The notes: generated by a model from the letters alone, not told the origin. A DNA stretch of 64,000 nucleotides from Octopus sinensis (GCF_006345805.1 NW_021837029.1:1-64000); one strand, 5' to 3'; shown: positions 13,005 to 26,708, counted from the stretch's first letter. Numbers and translations are program-made.

Positions 13005-15470
13005 TTAAAGTGTTCAAGCAAATCAAGCAATGTACTGTCCGCGTTTCCGAAGAGTACAACAGAGCACATAGAATGCAGGCCTTGTGCACACTAATCTCTT
13101 GGTCTTTATATTGACGTCATGATCTGCCCATACTCTCTTTTCGAGTTTTACAAAGGGCTACAGAGGCCTTCTAAATGCGCGAGTGTATTTCTGCATCCAC
13201 TAAACCATCCCTTGATAATGTACCACCCAAGTAAACAAAAGTGCCAACTACACCCAGCCTAGTTCTATGCACCATTATATTTGGTTCGATATATGCTTCC
13301 CCTGGTGATGGGGTGAACATTATTGTGGTCCATTTTAAATTAATTTCCATGCCGAAGGCATTACAAGATACTGCAAAACAATCCATGATGTGTTGCATGT
13401 CATCCTGAGAGTGAACCAAAAAGTCAACATCGTGAGCATACAAGAGTTCTATAATTAATTTTTGGAACACCTTGGATTTGAAGTTGAACCTTCTCAGGTC
13501 AAAGATCTTTCCTGTAGTCCTAATTTGCAAAAGAATACCCTTTGCACAGTCCTGGAATGCATGAGTCAGCATCACTGCAAAAATATTGAGAACAGTGTGG
13601 GAGCCAGGGTATCTCCCTGCTTCAAACCATTATCAACTGGGATTTCATTGGACAACTTTCCATTCAAGATAACCTGGGCCTTCATATTTCTGTGCAGTCG
13701 AACGAACATAGCAATAAATCTTGGTGGGCATCCTATTATCCCTAATATTTCCCACAGTGCACCTCTGTTCACTGTATCAAAGGCCTTTGTCGGCTCAACA
13801 AAGACCTGATACAGAGAGGAACTCGCTGCTCAATACATTTCTCCTGAAGCCGCCTTGCTGAGAAGACCGTGTCAATCGTTCCTCTGCCCGATCTAAAGCC
13901 ACTTTGTGATTCAGTGGTTACTGTAGGACAAATTTTCTCCATCAACTTGTTCAACAATAATCTAGCAAGAACTTTGCCAACAGACTCCAACAGAGTAATG
14001 ACGCGGTAATGATCGCAGATTCCTTTATCCCACTTGCCTTTAAACATGGTTACTATCTATCCAATCTTGTGGTATAGGAGTTCCATCCCAACACTCTGTG
14101 ATGAGATGAAGTGTTGTTCGTGTTATATCCTTATTACTAACCTTCAACAATTTCACAGAAATTCCATCTGATCCAGGTGCCTTACCAGTGTTTAACTGGT
14201 TGATGGCCATTTAAACCTCATTATAATTTGGTAATCGATCCATTCTGAAATTTACAACACATTAGGTGATGCCTTTTAGCACCTCATGATCAACTGTTGA
14301 TGAGTTATCAAATAAATCAGAGAAATATTCTTTCCAACATTTAAGGATTTTCTCTGACTCCTTGATGACGACAGTATTGTCTTTGGACATAATGTGAACA
14401 ATAGACGAAGTTGTTGGACCATATACTACACGCAAAAGTCTACAGAACAATTTAAAATCCTTTGCTTTACAAGTACTTAGAATATCTTCAGAGATCTTCA
14501 ACCACCACTTATTTTTAAGCCTTCTCAGCCCACGTTGTAAGGTGGCTTTATATTCTTTATATGTTTTTTTAATAGTAGTTAAATTTGTAGGTCACTCTTC
14601 CAGAAGCTTTTCATGAAGTGCATGTCTTTTCTTCAAAAGTTGGTTGATAAACAAATTATTATCATCAAGCCAAAGCCAATCTTTATATTGTTCTTTTTTT
14701 GCCCTGAAGTTCTGCTCCTGCTCTGTACAATTGATCCCCGAAGTTTATCTACGTTTCATCGAAGCCAATATCATTCAAACGTTTATTCAAAGCTTCAAGT
14801 ATCTCTTACTGTTTTAACTTTCCAACATCAAATACGCTTCAGAGTTTTGATCTCACACATACGAGATTTTTTCGAATACGTAACTTAAATTTTCCCCGAA
14901 CCATCTTATGGTCTGTGTTGCATTCTGCACTACGCATCACACGCCACATTGCAGACATCATTCAGATCGTATCTTCGGGTTACTATGAAATCTATCATGT
15001 GGCCATCTTTTCACCTTGGGTGTATCCATGTAACTTTATGCTTCTTCTTTTGGCGGAAGAACGTGTTGCAAATTGCTAGGTTGAGCTCTGAACAGAGTTT
15101 AAGCAGCTTCAGACCATTGGCATTCATCTTACCGATGCTACCGCGGCATTTACTCTGTTGGGGTCTGTTGGCAAAGTTCTCCCAAGTTGATGGAGGACAT
15201 TTGCTTAGTGCATCACATGTCTCATGGTCTCTGCCAACTTGGGCACTGAAATCACAAAAAATAATAACTTTTTCTTCGACTAGAGTAGATACCAATTGTA
15301 GCACGAAGGGCATTTATAAAATGCCATAATACTTCTCCTCGCTGCCCTTAAGTTTTGGAGCATAAACTGATAGAATTGTTGCTTATCACCCACCTGCAAG
15401 TGGCATGAGCATCTTCATTATACGGTCACCGATTGTAGTGGGTCATTCAAATGCCATGCTAGAGTCTCAC
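13005..15470 (-). pseudogene. Degraded RTE (BovB-like) LINE, endonuclease plus RT
   Basis: NTFFRQKKKHKVTWIHPR, YRVITLLESVGKVLARLL, ESQSGFRSGRGTIDTVF, GLKQGDTLAPTLFSIF, LLYAHD (decayed YADD) and ALLYSSET occur in the expected order across several frames. Confidence 0.9.
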
Positions 15471-15689
15471 GCACTGCAAAACCTACATCATCATCATCTC
15501 GCCGTTCTCTTTTTGGTTGCCTTGTCCAGAAAAGCGTGAAACCTGATGATGCTTCAGTCAGCCGATCTCACCCTGATAGGTGTGTTTCTCACAAGGCTGC
15601 AGTATTTATAACTAATCTTACCAGTGCGGTTCTTCTTTCTGGACATACATACATATATACATACATACATACATACATACATACATACA

Positions 15690-15721
<32 letters not shown>

Positions 15722-15777
15722 AATACATGTGTATGTATGCATGTGTGTATGTATACATGTGTATATATACATATATA

Positions 15778-15955
15778 TAGATCGTTAGCCACTACACACA
15801 TTTTTTCTCTCCTTGTTTTTTTTCTGTGTCCCTTTCTGTAGAAGAGTGTAGGCTCGAAACGTAAAAGACTTTTTCTATTCCTGAGCGTTATACTAATACA
15901 TCCGTTTGTTTTGTACACCACCTGTCTTAGTCTTTTGTTTTTTTCGTAAACTCTC

Positions 15956-15956
<1 letters not shown>
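15778..15956 (+). mobile_element. About 200-bp hammerhead-bearing repeat, family H1 (single copy)
   Basis: Homologous to 19728-19850 and both units at 36215-36660. Hammerhead-like motif at 15832-15867. Confidence 0.7.
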
Positions 15957-15986
<30 letters not shown>

Positions 15987-16002
15987 GCATATACTTTTAT
16001 AC

Positions 16003-16379
16003 ATGTGGCTGTGTGGTAAGTAGCTTGCTTACCGACCACATGGTTCCGTGTTCAGTCCCACTGCGTGGCACCTTGGGCAAGTGTCTTCTACTATAGCCTC
16101 GGACCAACCAAAACCTTGTGAGTGGATTTGGTAGACAGAAACTGAAAGAAGCCCGTCGTATATATGTATATATATATATGTGTGTGTATGTTTGTGTGTC
16201 TGTGTTTGTACCCCCAACATCGACAGACAACCGATGCTGGTTTGTTTACGTCTCTGTAACTTAGCAGTTAGAATAAGTACTAGGCTTAAAAAGAATAAGT
16301 CCTGGGGTTGATTTGCTCGACTAAAGGCTGTGCTCCAGCATGGCCGCAGTCAAATGCCTGAAACAAGTAAAAGAGTAAA
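16003..16379 (+). mobile_element. SINE family A
   Basis: Same head, central domain, internal microsatellite and tail as 11863-12262. Confidence 0.9.
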
Positions 16380-16429
16380 CGTATGTGTGTGTCTGTGTGT
16401 CTGTGTGTCTGTGTGTATGTATGTGTATA

Positions 16430-16552
16430 TATAATCAAATGAATAATAACAAACGATGGATAATTGTCATCTCATTACAGCTGTGTCTTACGTAACTTTT
16501 TAATAGCAGAATGAGAACATTACATCTCTATAAAAGATTACGGAATCATCAG
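16430..16552 (-). mobile_element. Hammerhead-bearing repeat, family H2 (5'-truncated copy)
   Basis: Homologous to 28455-28603. CTGATGA-stem II-GACA(sic)-CAGCTG-TA-ATGAGA on the minus strand. Confidence 0.6.
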
Positions 16553-16558
16553 TTCAAT

Positions 16559-16950
16559 ACGCAAACAACAAGAGAAAGAAATGGAAAACAGAACAAGTAA
16601 CATAAAGAACGACCCTTCATCAGTTGCCAGCTATCTATCAACTACTCATTTCGAGCATTGAACCACAATATGAGTCTTCGAAGACAGTTGCTTTCATAAG
16701 CACCATAATAAAATTTGGGATTTATGGAGGGTCAAAGTTGGGAGCAAAAACAAGACAGTGGAGACATACAAGGAAACAAAGATGTTCGAAATGAGGAGTA
16801 GATGGACAGCCGACACCTGATGAAGGATCGTTCTTTATGTTACTTGTCCTGTTTCCCATTTGTTTCTCTCGTTGTTTGTTTTCGTATTTCATGTTGTTTA
16901 CTGTTGGTGACGTCCTGTACCCATATATGCATATATACATACATAGATAC
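16559..16950. repeat. Short repeat family in inverted (head-to-head) arrangement
   Basis: 16559-16658 is an imperfect reverse complement of 16782-16885. Further copies at 34349-34535 (+) and about 55265-55305 (-). Confidence 0.6.
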
Positions 16951-17002
16951 ATATATATATATATATATATCTATATATGTATATATATATACATATATAT
17001 AT

Positions 17003-17034
<32 letters not shown>

Positions 17035-17093
17035 CTATCTATATATACAACATACATACATATATATATATGTATATTATATATATATCTATA

Positions 17094-17471
17094 TCTCTCT
17101 ATATATAAACGGCAGTTTGTTGTGTGTGTGTCTGTGTGTCTGTTAGGTTGTACCCTCACCTGACCACGGCTTCAACCGATTCTGATGAAACTTGATACAC
17201 ACATAGCCCAATGTCATAATTCAAAACTAACGCAGCGAAAATTTTGAAAAGTTCCCCCAGTTCTGAAAAAAATCGATAAATTCGACATGGGGTCGAAAAT
17301 CAGAAACACAAACCACAGACTGTCTAGGGGACGCAACTCGACCTTTTTAACTCTCAAAAAAATTTACCATCATTTTTTTTCCATTTTTTTCTATTTTTTG
17401 GCTATAACTCTCTAAAAATGCTTTATAGTTATTTCCCTTACAAACCCGAGAACGCCGGGCGATACTGCTAG
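17094..17471 (+). mobile_element. Non-autonomous Helitron, 378 bp
   Basis: A|TC 5' end, subterminal CCCG..CGCCGGG hairpin, CTAG|T 3' end, no TSD. Second copy at 40553-40934. Confidence 0.75.
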
Positions 17472-17720
17472 TCTATATATATATATATGTATGTATGTAT
17501 GTATGTATACGTATATGTGTATATGATATGTATGCATGTGTGTATGTGCATGTGTATGTGTTTGTATATGTAAATACATGTTTCTGAATGTATGCAATGT
17601 ATGAATGTTTTTTATGTAGAAAGAGAGTGGGGAGGGGAAGAGAAATAGAAAGGGAGAGAGAGACAGGGATATAGACAGACAGGGAGACACAGAAAGTTAT
17701 TGACAGACAGACAGACAGAC

Positions 17721-17754
<34 letters not shown>

Positions 17755-19105
17755 GATAGGTAGGTAGATCTCCCCTATCCCTTTATTCTTCATGCTGTCA
17801 AACTTCTCACAGATATATATATATATATACAAATACCCCTTTATTTCTTCCTTTCTTTTCTTCTCTCTATCTTTCGTGACCTTTCCATCCTTTATAGTAT
17901 AAAATTCAATCAAAACGAAATCATCCCAAAACGCGTTTTTCTTTGTTAGTTTTTTAAACTTATTTAACTGTTTATTTTATACATGGATTTTTTTCCCTTC
18001 CGTTTTGTTTACGTTTGTTGTTTTTATTTTTATTTTCCTTTCTTTTTTTTTTCTTCTGGATTTTTCAGAATTTCCTCCAAACAATTTTGCCTTCCCTCCC
18101 ACCATCATTTGAATTATATAAATTAAGATGCTTCATAAAAGACAAACATAAGTTGTATCCGCGCTTCCATACATACAGAGACATATATACACATATATAT
18201 ATAATTTATAGGAACAAATACATACTCGCATATATACATAAGTAGATAATATGTCTTTGTGTATGAGTGAACACACACACATACATATATATGCATGTAA
18301 ATATATTTGTGCATATATATATATATATATATAATATAAATATATATATATATATATATATAATATATATAAATATATATACAGAGAGAGAGAGAGAGAG
18401 TGTGAGTGAGAGAGAGACAGACAGACAGACCGCGCCCGCACACGATCAAGCACACGTGCACGCACACACATGAACACATGCGCACACACGCCCACACGCA
18501 CATACGCATACACACTCGCATGCACACGCGCACACACATGGATATATATACATACTTATATACGTGTGCGTATGCGATTATATATATGTATGTATGTACG
18601 TATATTTATACATACACGTGTGTGTGTGTGTGTGTAGGTGTGTGTGTGTGTTCTCTCGCGCGCACATGTGTGTGTGCATATATGCATATATAGGAGTGCT
18701 TATGGATGCAAATACATTTTCCTTCTCATATTTACACACAAGCATTCGCACAACAAAATTCGATGACAAATACATAGATAGACGCCTGCACTTTTGGTAA
18801 GATATATAATGAGAGAGAGAGAGAGAGAGATAGAGAGAGGGAGAGAGAGAGACGGAGAGAGAAAGAGAGAGTAAGAAAAAAGTAGATTAGAAAGGGAGCG
18901 ACTGATAGAGAGAATAATAGAAAGAGAGACATAGAGGTGTCAAGACACGCCTACATTCATGTATATCTATCTATCAATCTGTCCGTCCGTCGTCCGCCAT
19001 TTGTCTGTCTGTCTATCTATCTGTCTATCTATCTATCTATCTATCTATCTATAGACAAATAGATAGATAATAAACACAAATTTATGAATACCTATGCAAT
19101 AATAT

Positions 19106-19200
<95 letters not shown>

Positions 19201-19308
19201 AAATCTATTGATGTACATGTATTTATATATGTATACACACCCGGCTTCGTCTTTTTTCTTTTTCGGTAAAGTCTCCATATATATATATACACACACGCAC
19301 ACACAACG

Positions 19309-19341
<33 letters not shown>

Positions 19342-19727
19342 GCATCATGTATTATGTATGTATGTATGTATGAATCCCCCCTCTCTCTCTATATATATAT
19401 ATATATATGAAGAGAGATAAGAGAAGAGAGTGAGTGGGTGTGCCTAATTTGGTGTGTGTTGGTTGAGTTTAAGAGAACGAGATACATACATACAAAAGCA
19501 TAAATGCATTTCCTATTAAATTATCAAACCATCAGTTTCTATTCAATGGTAAAATTGGAAGAACATTACGTATACATATCCTATGAGAATGCGTATACCC
19601 TACCGGAGACACAAACAAGCTCATACACGCACACATACATACCTGTGTGTGTGTGTGTGCTTGTGTGTGTGCTGCTTGTGTGTGGTGTGTGTAATATATA
19701 TATATATATATTGTGTAAATATATATA

Positions 19728-19850
19728 GGGAGAGTTTACGAAAAAAACAAAATACGAAGACAGGTGGTGTACAAAACAAACAGATGTATTAGTATAACGC
19801 TCAGGAATAGAAAAGTATTTTACGTTTCGAGCCTACGCTCTTCTACAGAA
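19728..19850 (-). mobile_element. Family H1 hammerhead-bearing repeat, truncated, in (TA)n
   Basis: Reverse complement CTGTAGAAGAGCGTAGGCTCGAAACGTAAAA...CGTAAACTCTCCC. Confidence 0.7.
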
Positions 19851-20176
19851 ATATATATATATGCATATGTATATATATATCTCAAAGAAGTTTCATATAT
19901 CCCAGAGACAAGTACTTAATGTAAAGAATATAGAGTTAATATGTGTACTTATGAAATCCTGTTAACCTGTCAGGTTTCTCCGAGTTATATTTGATTCCTA
20001 ACTGATTATTAATCATGAGACATAGCACGACACTCTCGTGGCTTAACAGGATTTCTATGTGTGCGCGCATACACACGTACACATATGCTTGCGCGCACAC
20101 ACATACACATATATACCTAGATGTATATTCATGAATACGAATGTACACATGTGTATGTTTATACATATATACATGC

Positions 20177-20240
<64 letters not shown>

Positions 20241-20467
20241 TTATCTATCGGACAGACAGACGCAAGTCAAATGGGCTCCACGTAAATTGGTATTTTTATA
20301 CGTTCAAAAGTGTATATTGACAAATATTTTGTGTTTAAAAGTTGTGCAACAACATCCACTGCAAACCTTTGATAAATATCTACACAAAATTTTGCCCCTT
20401 GTGGGCAAAATTTAAAAGAAAAATTCTCATAGCCTTCGTGGTTTCATTTAGCCATTTTATTTCCAAA

Positions 20468-22602
20468 ATGGCCACTGGTCACCACGAGGCTGAGGTGCAA
20501 GTCAAGCGTGACGCAGAGACAGAAAAACAGGATGCTCTGTTAGCATACGCTGAACCTGACAACAACCCACCACCTCCACCACCATCAACATCGACAACAG
20601 CAACAAATACAAAACAAAGGTCGCAAGGCCAAGCACCGTCAACACCATCAGTAAGTCCACCACCAACACCGACAACAACACCATGGCAGAATCTGCTACT
20701 AAAACTACTATCCCTACTAAAGACATCGCCACCAATAACAATACCAACACCACCATCACCGCCACCAAAGACCGTGCCGTCAATGCTACTAATACTACTA
20801 ACACCACCGCCGTCACCAAGAACGACAATAACAACAACAACAACGACGACGACAACAACAATTCCCTTCAACCACTGCTCACTCCATCACCAACAAGTGA
20901 AAAAATAACGACGACAAGCAAACGAAATGCCGAAATTTGCGCTAATGCAGGACTAAATTACGCAGGCAATTTCCCACCCCTTGCTAGTTGCATAATCAGC
21001 AACCACAAACCTACAACCCACACCCCTGCCATCAACACCAACACCACCGGCAGTAACAACAATAACAAAACAACAAACTTCGCCGAGGCGATAAAAGAAA
21101 AGGTAACAAAAGTTTCGTTTACTACACAACAGATTAAAGATTGCAGAAACCTTATTACAAATGAAAACGGAAAAATACTCTTACACATACCTCAGCACAT
21201 ATGAATGAGGAGAAAAAGACAATTGTATATAAAATCACAAATAAAAAACTAAAAGTCCAGAAAAGGCAAGCACAGACAAAGTCGAAAAGTGCTTACGCCC
21301 CATCTGGGGATACAAGGATTGTGTGACTTGGGCGAACAAGTTCGCACACGTACAGTGGTTTTTCAGAATGAAGAGTTGGCGAAGAAATTCTCAACGATAA
21401 CCCTTCATTCTGATGAACTAACGTTGACACCGAGTTACCTCGGCCAGAAGGTGACGAAAGTCATTATCAGTGGTGTCCCCCAAGTGACTACAACACTGTG
21501 GATAACATCCGCCTTAACATCCGAAATGGAGGACTTAAACATCCTAGATATCGGTGTTTCGGAAAACAAGGACTGGCTGGGAAAGAGAATAGAGTTCCTC
21601 TTCCACATAAGTCAAGAGGACATAAATAAAATCCCCACCCACGTACATCTTGAGGATGGCCGCAAGTTATACGTAGTAGTCGAGGGCAGAAGGCCACGAT
21701 GCTATACATGTGGCAGTGAGGCACACCTCAAAAGGAGTGCAAATCTGCCGCAAAATTACAACAACAACAACAGCCACAGGAAAAATCACAAAAGCCAGGA
21801 TTATTGCCCACACCACAATATGGACAGCTAGTCAAGAAGCTGTATGCGGAAATGCAGGAAAAACAACAAAGAACAAGCCAAACCAACAAAACAACACCAA
21901 CACCAGCGCCAAGAACAGAATCATCACCACCAACAACAAATAAACCAATTCCAACACCAAGAATAACAACGAAGAAGACAAGCACCAAGGATGTAGGAGA
22001 GACAATAACCACAACAAACCCCCAGCAACACCCTCCCCGCGCACCACAACAATATCTACAACCGCACAAACACACCCAGACGCTTTACCCTTGCCCCCTG
22101 CTGATTCGTCAGACTTTTCATCTAACGATGAAAGTTCGACAGAATGGCAAATAGCCACAGGGGGTAAAAGAAAAAGATCAAGAAAAACCAAACAAGAAAT
22201 CGCAACCAAAGCAGGGAGATACCTGAACCCTGAAAACTCCATACACAAAAAACAAGCACCAACACCACAAAAACAATGCTATCAGCGATAGACACAAAAG
22301 ACTCCAAACTAATGGAGTACATCACAGGATACACAAACATTTGTGAAGATGACTTTAAAAATAGCAATCATCCACGCACTACACCACCCAAACACATCAA
22401 AATACTACACATCACAAAACAACACCACAAACTCAAAGCCCTCTTCCCAAATGCTGTAGGGGTTTCCAGAAATATCTGTCCCAAAAACTATATAGAAACC
22501 TCCTCGAAGACACATCAAAGAACGAGGAAGCCAAAACTTTCGACACAAGTAAGTAACTCTCTGTACTTTCATTTGTGTGTTTTAAAGCACACACCCCAAT
22601 AG
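20468..22602 (+). pseudogene. LINE ORF1 (low-complexity N-terminus, RRM-like region, CCHC knuckle), frameshifted
   Basis: ATG at 20468 (CAAAATGG). VEGRRPRCYTCGSEAH..(C) knuckle with the last Cys in a shifted frame. TAG at 22600-22602, 4 bp before the ORF2 ATG. Assembled from several frames. Confidence 0.75.
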
Positions 22603-22606
22603 AATC

Positions 22607-25600
22607 ATGGTCAAGATTGGTTGTGTGAATGCGCGTGGCTTGGGGTCTCCTTGGAAACAAGGATACCTCCTAAATGACATCAAGTCACATGATTTGGGAA
22701 TCATAGCCATAAGTGAGACCAGACTCCACGAGCCACGGGCCCTAAAGTCCATGTTTGGCGGACAGTTTAACATTTATTTCGCTCCCTGTCTGCCGAGGAT
22801 GGGCGGTAGTGGCACCGCGGTACGTTCTTTTTCACAAGAGCCTGGATCTCGAAGTCAAGACGATATTCGTAGACCCGGAGGGTAGACTGATCGTTCTGGA
22901 TGTTGACGGCAGCAATGGGTGCGCTTTTCGACTCGTATCAGTCTACGCACCGCCCTTAACAGGTCGGGCGGATTTCTTTCGACGTCTAGAAGTATTCTTG
23001 GGAACGTCTCGTCCTTTACTCTTAGTGGGGGATTGGAATGCTACCTTGGACACGCATGTAGACTACGTGGGTAGAGACAGAACAGACAGGGGATGCAAAT
23101 GCCTCAGAGACCTGCTCAGACGATTCCAACTGTCTGACAGGTACCGACTCGACCACCCAAATGCACCAACGTGGACATGGAGCAACCGCAGTGGGTCGTC
23201 GAGATCGTATCTAGATAGGATACTGTGTAGGACAGTAGACAAGGATAACTTAGGATGTCCACAATTCCACACAGTCAGCTACACGGATCACAAATTGGTG
23301 ACGTGTACGCTAGACTTAGATAAGGCACATAGACAGGGTCCTGGGTACTGGAAACTGAACGCATCATTCCCGTCCAGACAAGTTTTCAGAGACCGGATTA
23401 GCACACTAGTAAAGAGGGCTTTGACGGGAGCCATCATCAACAACAAATGGTGGTTTGCCCTCAAGAGAGCAGTAAAAGCAGAAGCGATTAGGTACAGCAA
23501 AGCACTAGCCATAGATAGAAATAGAGTAGAGGGTGAGCTAGTTAAGAAGCTAGAAGAGGCAATTAGAAGCGGCATCGCATCCGACGTTTTGGCGGCGAGG
23601 TTGGCCCTCGACCAACACTTCAACGCCAAACACGAAGGATGTGCTGTCAGAGCTAGGATGCGTGCTCTAAGGAACGAAGGTGTTGGAGCCGCGAGAGAGG
23701 CCCGGGTGGCAGAGGCGCAACAGGGCAACAAAGCCACCATTCGGTCACTGGTAGATGAACAGGGGCGCGAATTGCTCGAGCCAAGTAAAATGTGTGAGGC
23801 CTTTCAGCAGCATTTTGCCCGACTGTTCGGGACGAGTGGAGGGCAAGAACGTAGGGTAGACTTCAGTGCCTACCTACATAGCCTGCCACGACTCTCGACA
23901 AGAAAGGCAGGGTGCTGCGAAGGTGCCATCACGGCGGCGGAAGTGCGGGAAGCGATGGCAGAATGCTCGAGGGACAAATCACCGGGTTTGGATGGTCTAC
24001 CCTACGAATTTTACTATTGTATGCCAGACTTGTTTGGAGACGTCTTGGCAGCGGTATACTGCAACTGGCAGCAAAACGGGAGCATACCCGGTTTTGTGAG
24101 TCGAGGAGCTGTAACTCTGCTGAAGAAAGATCCAAACAAGGGAAACATTATAGATAACTTTAGGCCAATCACTCTGCTCAATGCAGACCTGAAAATTTTG
24201 ACAAAGGTGTTAGCCAAGAGGTTGGCGCTTGTCATGGAGAAACTGGTCGACAACGCACAAACGTGCGCCGTGCCGGGCCGGAGCATCCATGACAACCTCC
24301 ATCTGATGCGCTACATCATAGACAGGGTAGTTAACGAACCTGGCATGGGTGGGGCCCTGATCAACTTGGATCAATCGAAAGCCTTTGATAGGGTAGACCA
24401 TCGATACTTGGAGGCAGTCCTGAGAGCGGCTGGTTTCGGTCCCGTCTTCCGCGGCTGGATAGCTGGCTTGTACAGAGGCATCCGTTCGGTAATTCGCGTA
24501 AATGGACATCTATCGAGACCCTTCGACATTGCACGTTCGGTCCGTCAGGGATGCCCCCTCTCGGCGCTTCTATACGTATTGACTCTTGAGCCACTACTGC
24601 GGAAGCTGGCGACTCTGAGGGGCATCCCGCGAGAATTAGGATGCGGGACGAGCGTGTCTGCATACGCGGACGACGTCACCGTCATAGTGTCAAGCCACGA
24701 GCACATCGAGCGGGTCGGCGAGAGACACTGAAAGACTACGAAGCGGTGACAGGAGCAAAAATCAACCGGGAAAAGTCAGTGGGCTTGCGGCTCGGCACCT
24801 GGAGAAGCAAGCCCATGCCGTCCACCAGTACCTCCGTCGTGGACGCTGGACAGACGGCCCGGTTGAGTTGCTCGGGGTCTGGTTCGGTCCGGACCTCCAA
24901 ATGGAGAAGAACTGGAACGAGATAACGAGTAGGGTGGTCACTCTCGCCAGCAATGGGCCGAGAGGAAACTGTCCCTAAAAGGTCGGGCGGAGGTGGTGAA
25001 CGCGTACATCGCGTCCATCATCTACTACCGCCTGACCGTCGTACCTTGTCCCGACCCTACCATCACCAAACTAGAACGCATCCTCTTCCGCTTCTTGTGG
25101 AAAGGATGCGTCCCGATGGTCAGGCGATCATTTGCTGTCAACACCCGTTAAAAGGAGGGCTGGGCATGCCGTGGTTGATGATGCGCAGACACGCGCTGAG
25201 ACTGCGACATCTCCGGCTCTATGTAGACGACGGTGAACAGGTGTGGTCGCCGTTTGTGAGGCACGCATTCCCGCAACTCGTCTCCATGACCGAACTACAG
25301 TCGTGGATCAAAAAGAGGCCGAAGAAGGGCGAATGGCACCGCGAGTGTCGCGTTGCTCTCAAGCAACTCTGCCGTCCCGGGTCGACCTTGAGTGACTTCA
25401 ACACAACCAAAGCATTCTATAGGGGATTAGTGGAGGGGAGGTACGACGACGAGCTCGGGGCAAACCTGGGCGTCGACGAGGAATACCTGACCCGCCTGTT
25501 TCAAACGACTTTCGGCCCGGGACCTATGGACAACTTCCAGAGATCCCTGGCCTGGCGGTGCTACCGAGAAGCGCTACCCGTTCGGGATAAGCTCTATAGG

Positions 25601-26045
25601 CATGGCTCGAGAAACACGGGGCCGACCTGCCCGAGATGCGGGCAGAGCGACGAAACCGCTCTGCACGCAATCGTGCAGTGTCCAGCAATTTCCCACCTGT
25701 GGGCTTATGTCGAACGACTGCTGTCACGTGTGGGACGTGTCGGTTTATCAGCCGAGTCTATCGTTAATATCGTCACGCCTCCTTCCTTCAAACGGGAAGG
25801 AAGAGCTATTTTTATCATACTTGTGGCTATGGCGAAAGAATGTATCTGGTGGACGCGTCTGAAAGGATTAGAGACAAACACTTTCCTCTCTGGTCAATCT
25901 CTCATCAACTTCTTCAAGTATCACTTGAAGAAAAAAGTGAGAGTAGAGAGGCAAGTTTTGTCTAGTGAATGTTTTAAAAAAGATGGTGAATGTAGCAAGG
26001 ATGGCACGTATGAATGACGAAGCCACCTTGACTATGATTCTATGA
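22607..26045 (+). pseudogene. LINE ORF2: APE endonuclease, reverse transcriptase, C-terminal CCHC finger
   Basis: NARGL, ISETR, LVGDWN, SYLDRIL, YTDHKLV; KSPGLDGLP, FRPITLLN, LDQSKAFDRV, QGCPLS, AYADD; CPRC-x8-H-x4-C. About six small indels and no in-frame stops in the reconstructed frame. Confidence 0.95.
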
Positions 26046-26444
26046 ACCGTAAAAATTAATACAGAGAGTTGCTTATTTGCAAAAAAAAAAAAAAAAAAGA
26101 AATATAACATGTGACTTCATTGACCGAGGTTACCGTGGTCTTTTCCGTAGGCTTTTCTTTCCACGGGTAAACCTCACCTGTCCTCCCCCTTACACTTCAT
26201 ATTGACATTTCTGTGATAACGATCCCTATTGATCAATTTTTTTCCTCTCCCCCCTTTTTTTAACCCCCCCCTTTTTTTCGTCCTCTTTCTCTCCTTTTAC
26301 GATCCCCTTTGATCGACGCCCCCCATTTTTTATTTATTTATTTTTTTATTATTTTTATTTTTTATTTTTTTTACCTTCAAAAGAAAAGCTCTACCTTGTA
26401 ATTTGTTCTATCTGTGTGCAGCCCTGTGTGGCTATAAAGAAACA

Positions 26445-26473
26445 TATCTATCTATCTATCTATCTATCTATCG

Positions 26474-26505
<32 letters not shown>

Positions 26506-26578
26506 CTATCTATCTATCATCTATCTATCTATATCTATCTCTACTATCTATCTCTATCTATCTATCTATCTATATATT

Positions 26579-26634
<56 letters not shown>

Positions 26635-26670
26635 CTCTCTAGCTATCAAGGCTATCTATCTATCTATCTA

Positions 26671-26708
<38 letters not shown>

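Larger units (their letters stand above)
20250..26443 (+). mobile_element. Near full-length Tx1/L1-clade non-LTR retrotransposon
   Basis: ORF1 with zinc knuckle, ORF2 APE-RT-CCHC, about 400-bp 3'UTR ending GCTATAAAGAAACA and running into (TATC)n. The 5' boundary is uncertain (20250-20440). Confidence 0.93.

Noticed and set aside
16782-16830. CGAAA...CTGATGAAGG order suggesting a type II hammerhead (also 34349-34400)
   Set aside because: Stems I and III do not pair convincingly in any of the three copies.
17180-17200. CTGATGAAAC in the Helitron resembling a hammerhead core
   Set aside because: No stem II between CUGAUGA and GAAA, and no stem I or III pairing.
26081-26103. A-run after ORF2 as the LINE poly(A) tail
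   Set aside because: It is followed by about 340 bp of pyrimidine-rich sequence typical of a 3'UTR, ending at an ATAAAG-like signal near 26434, so I treat it as internal. This remains uncertain.
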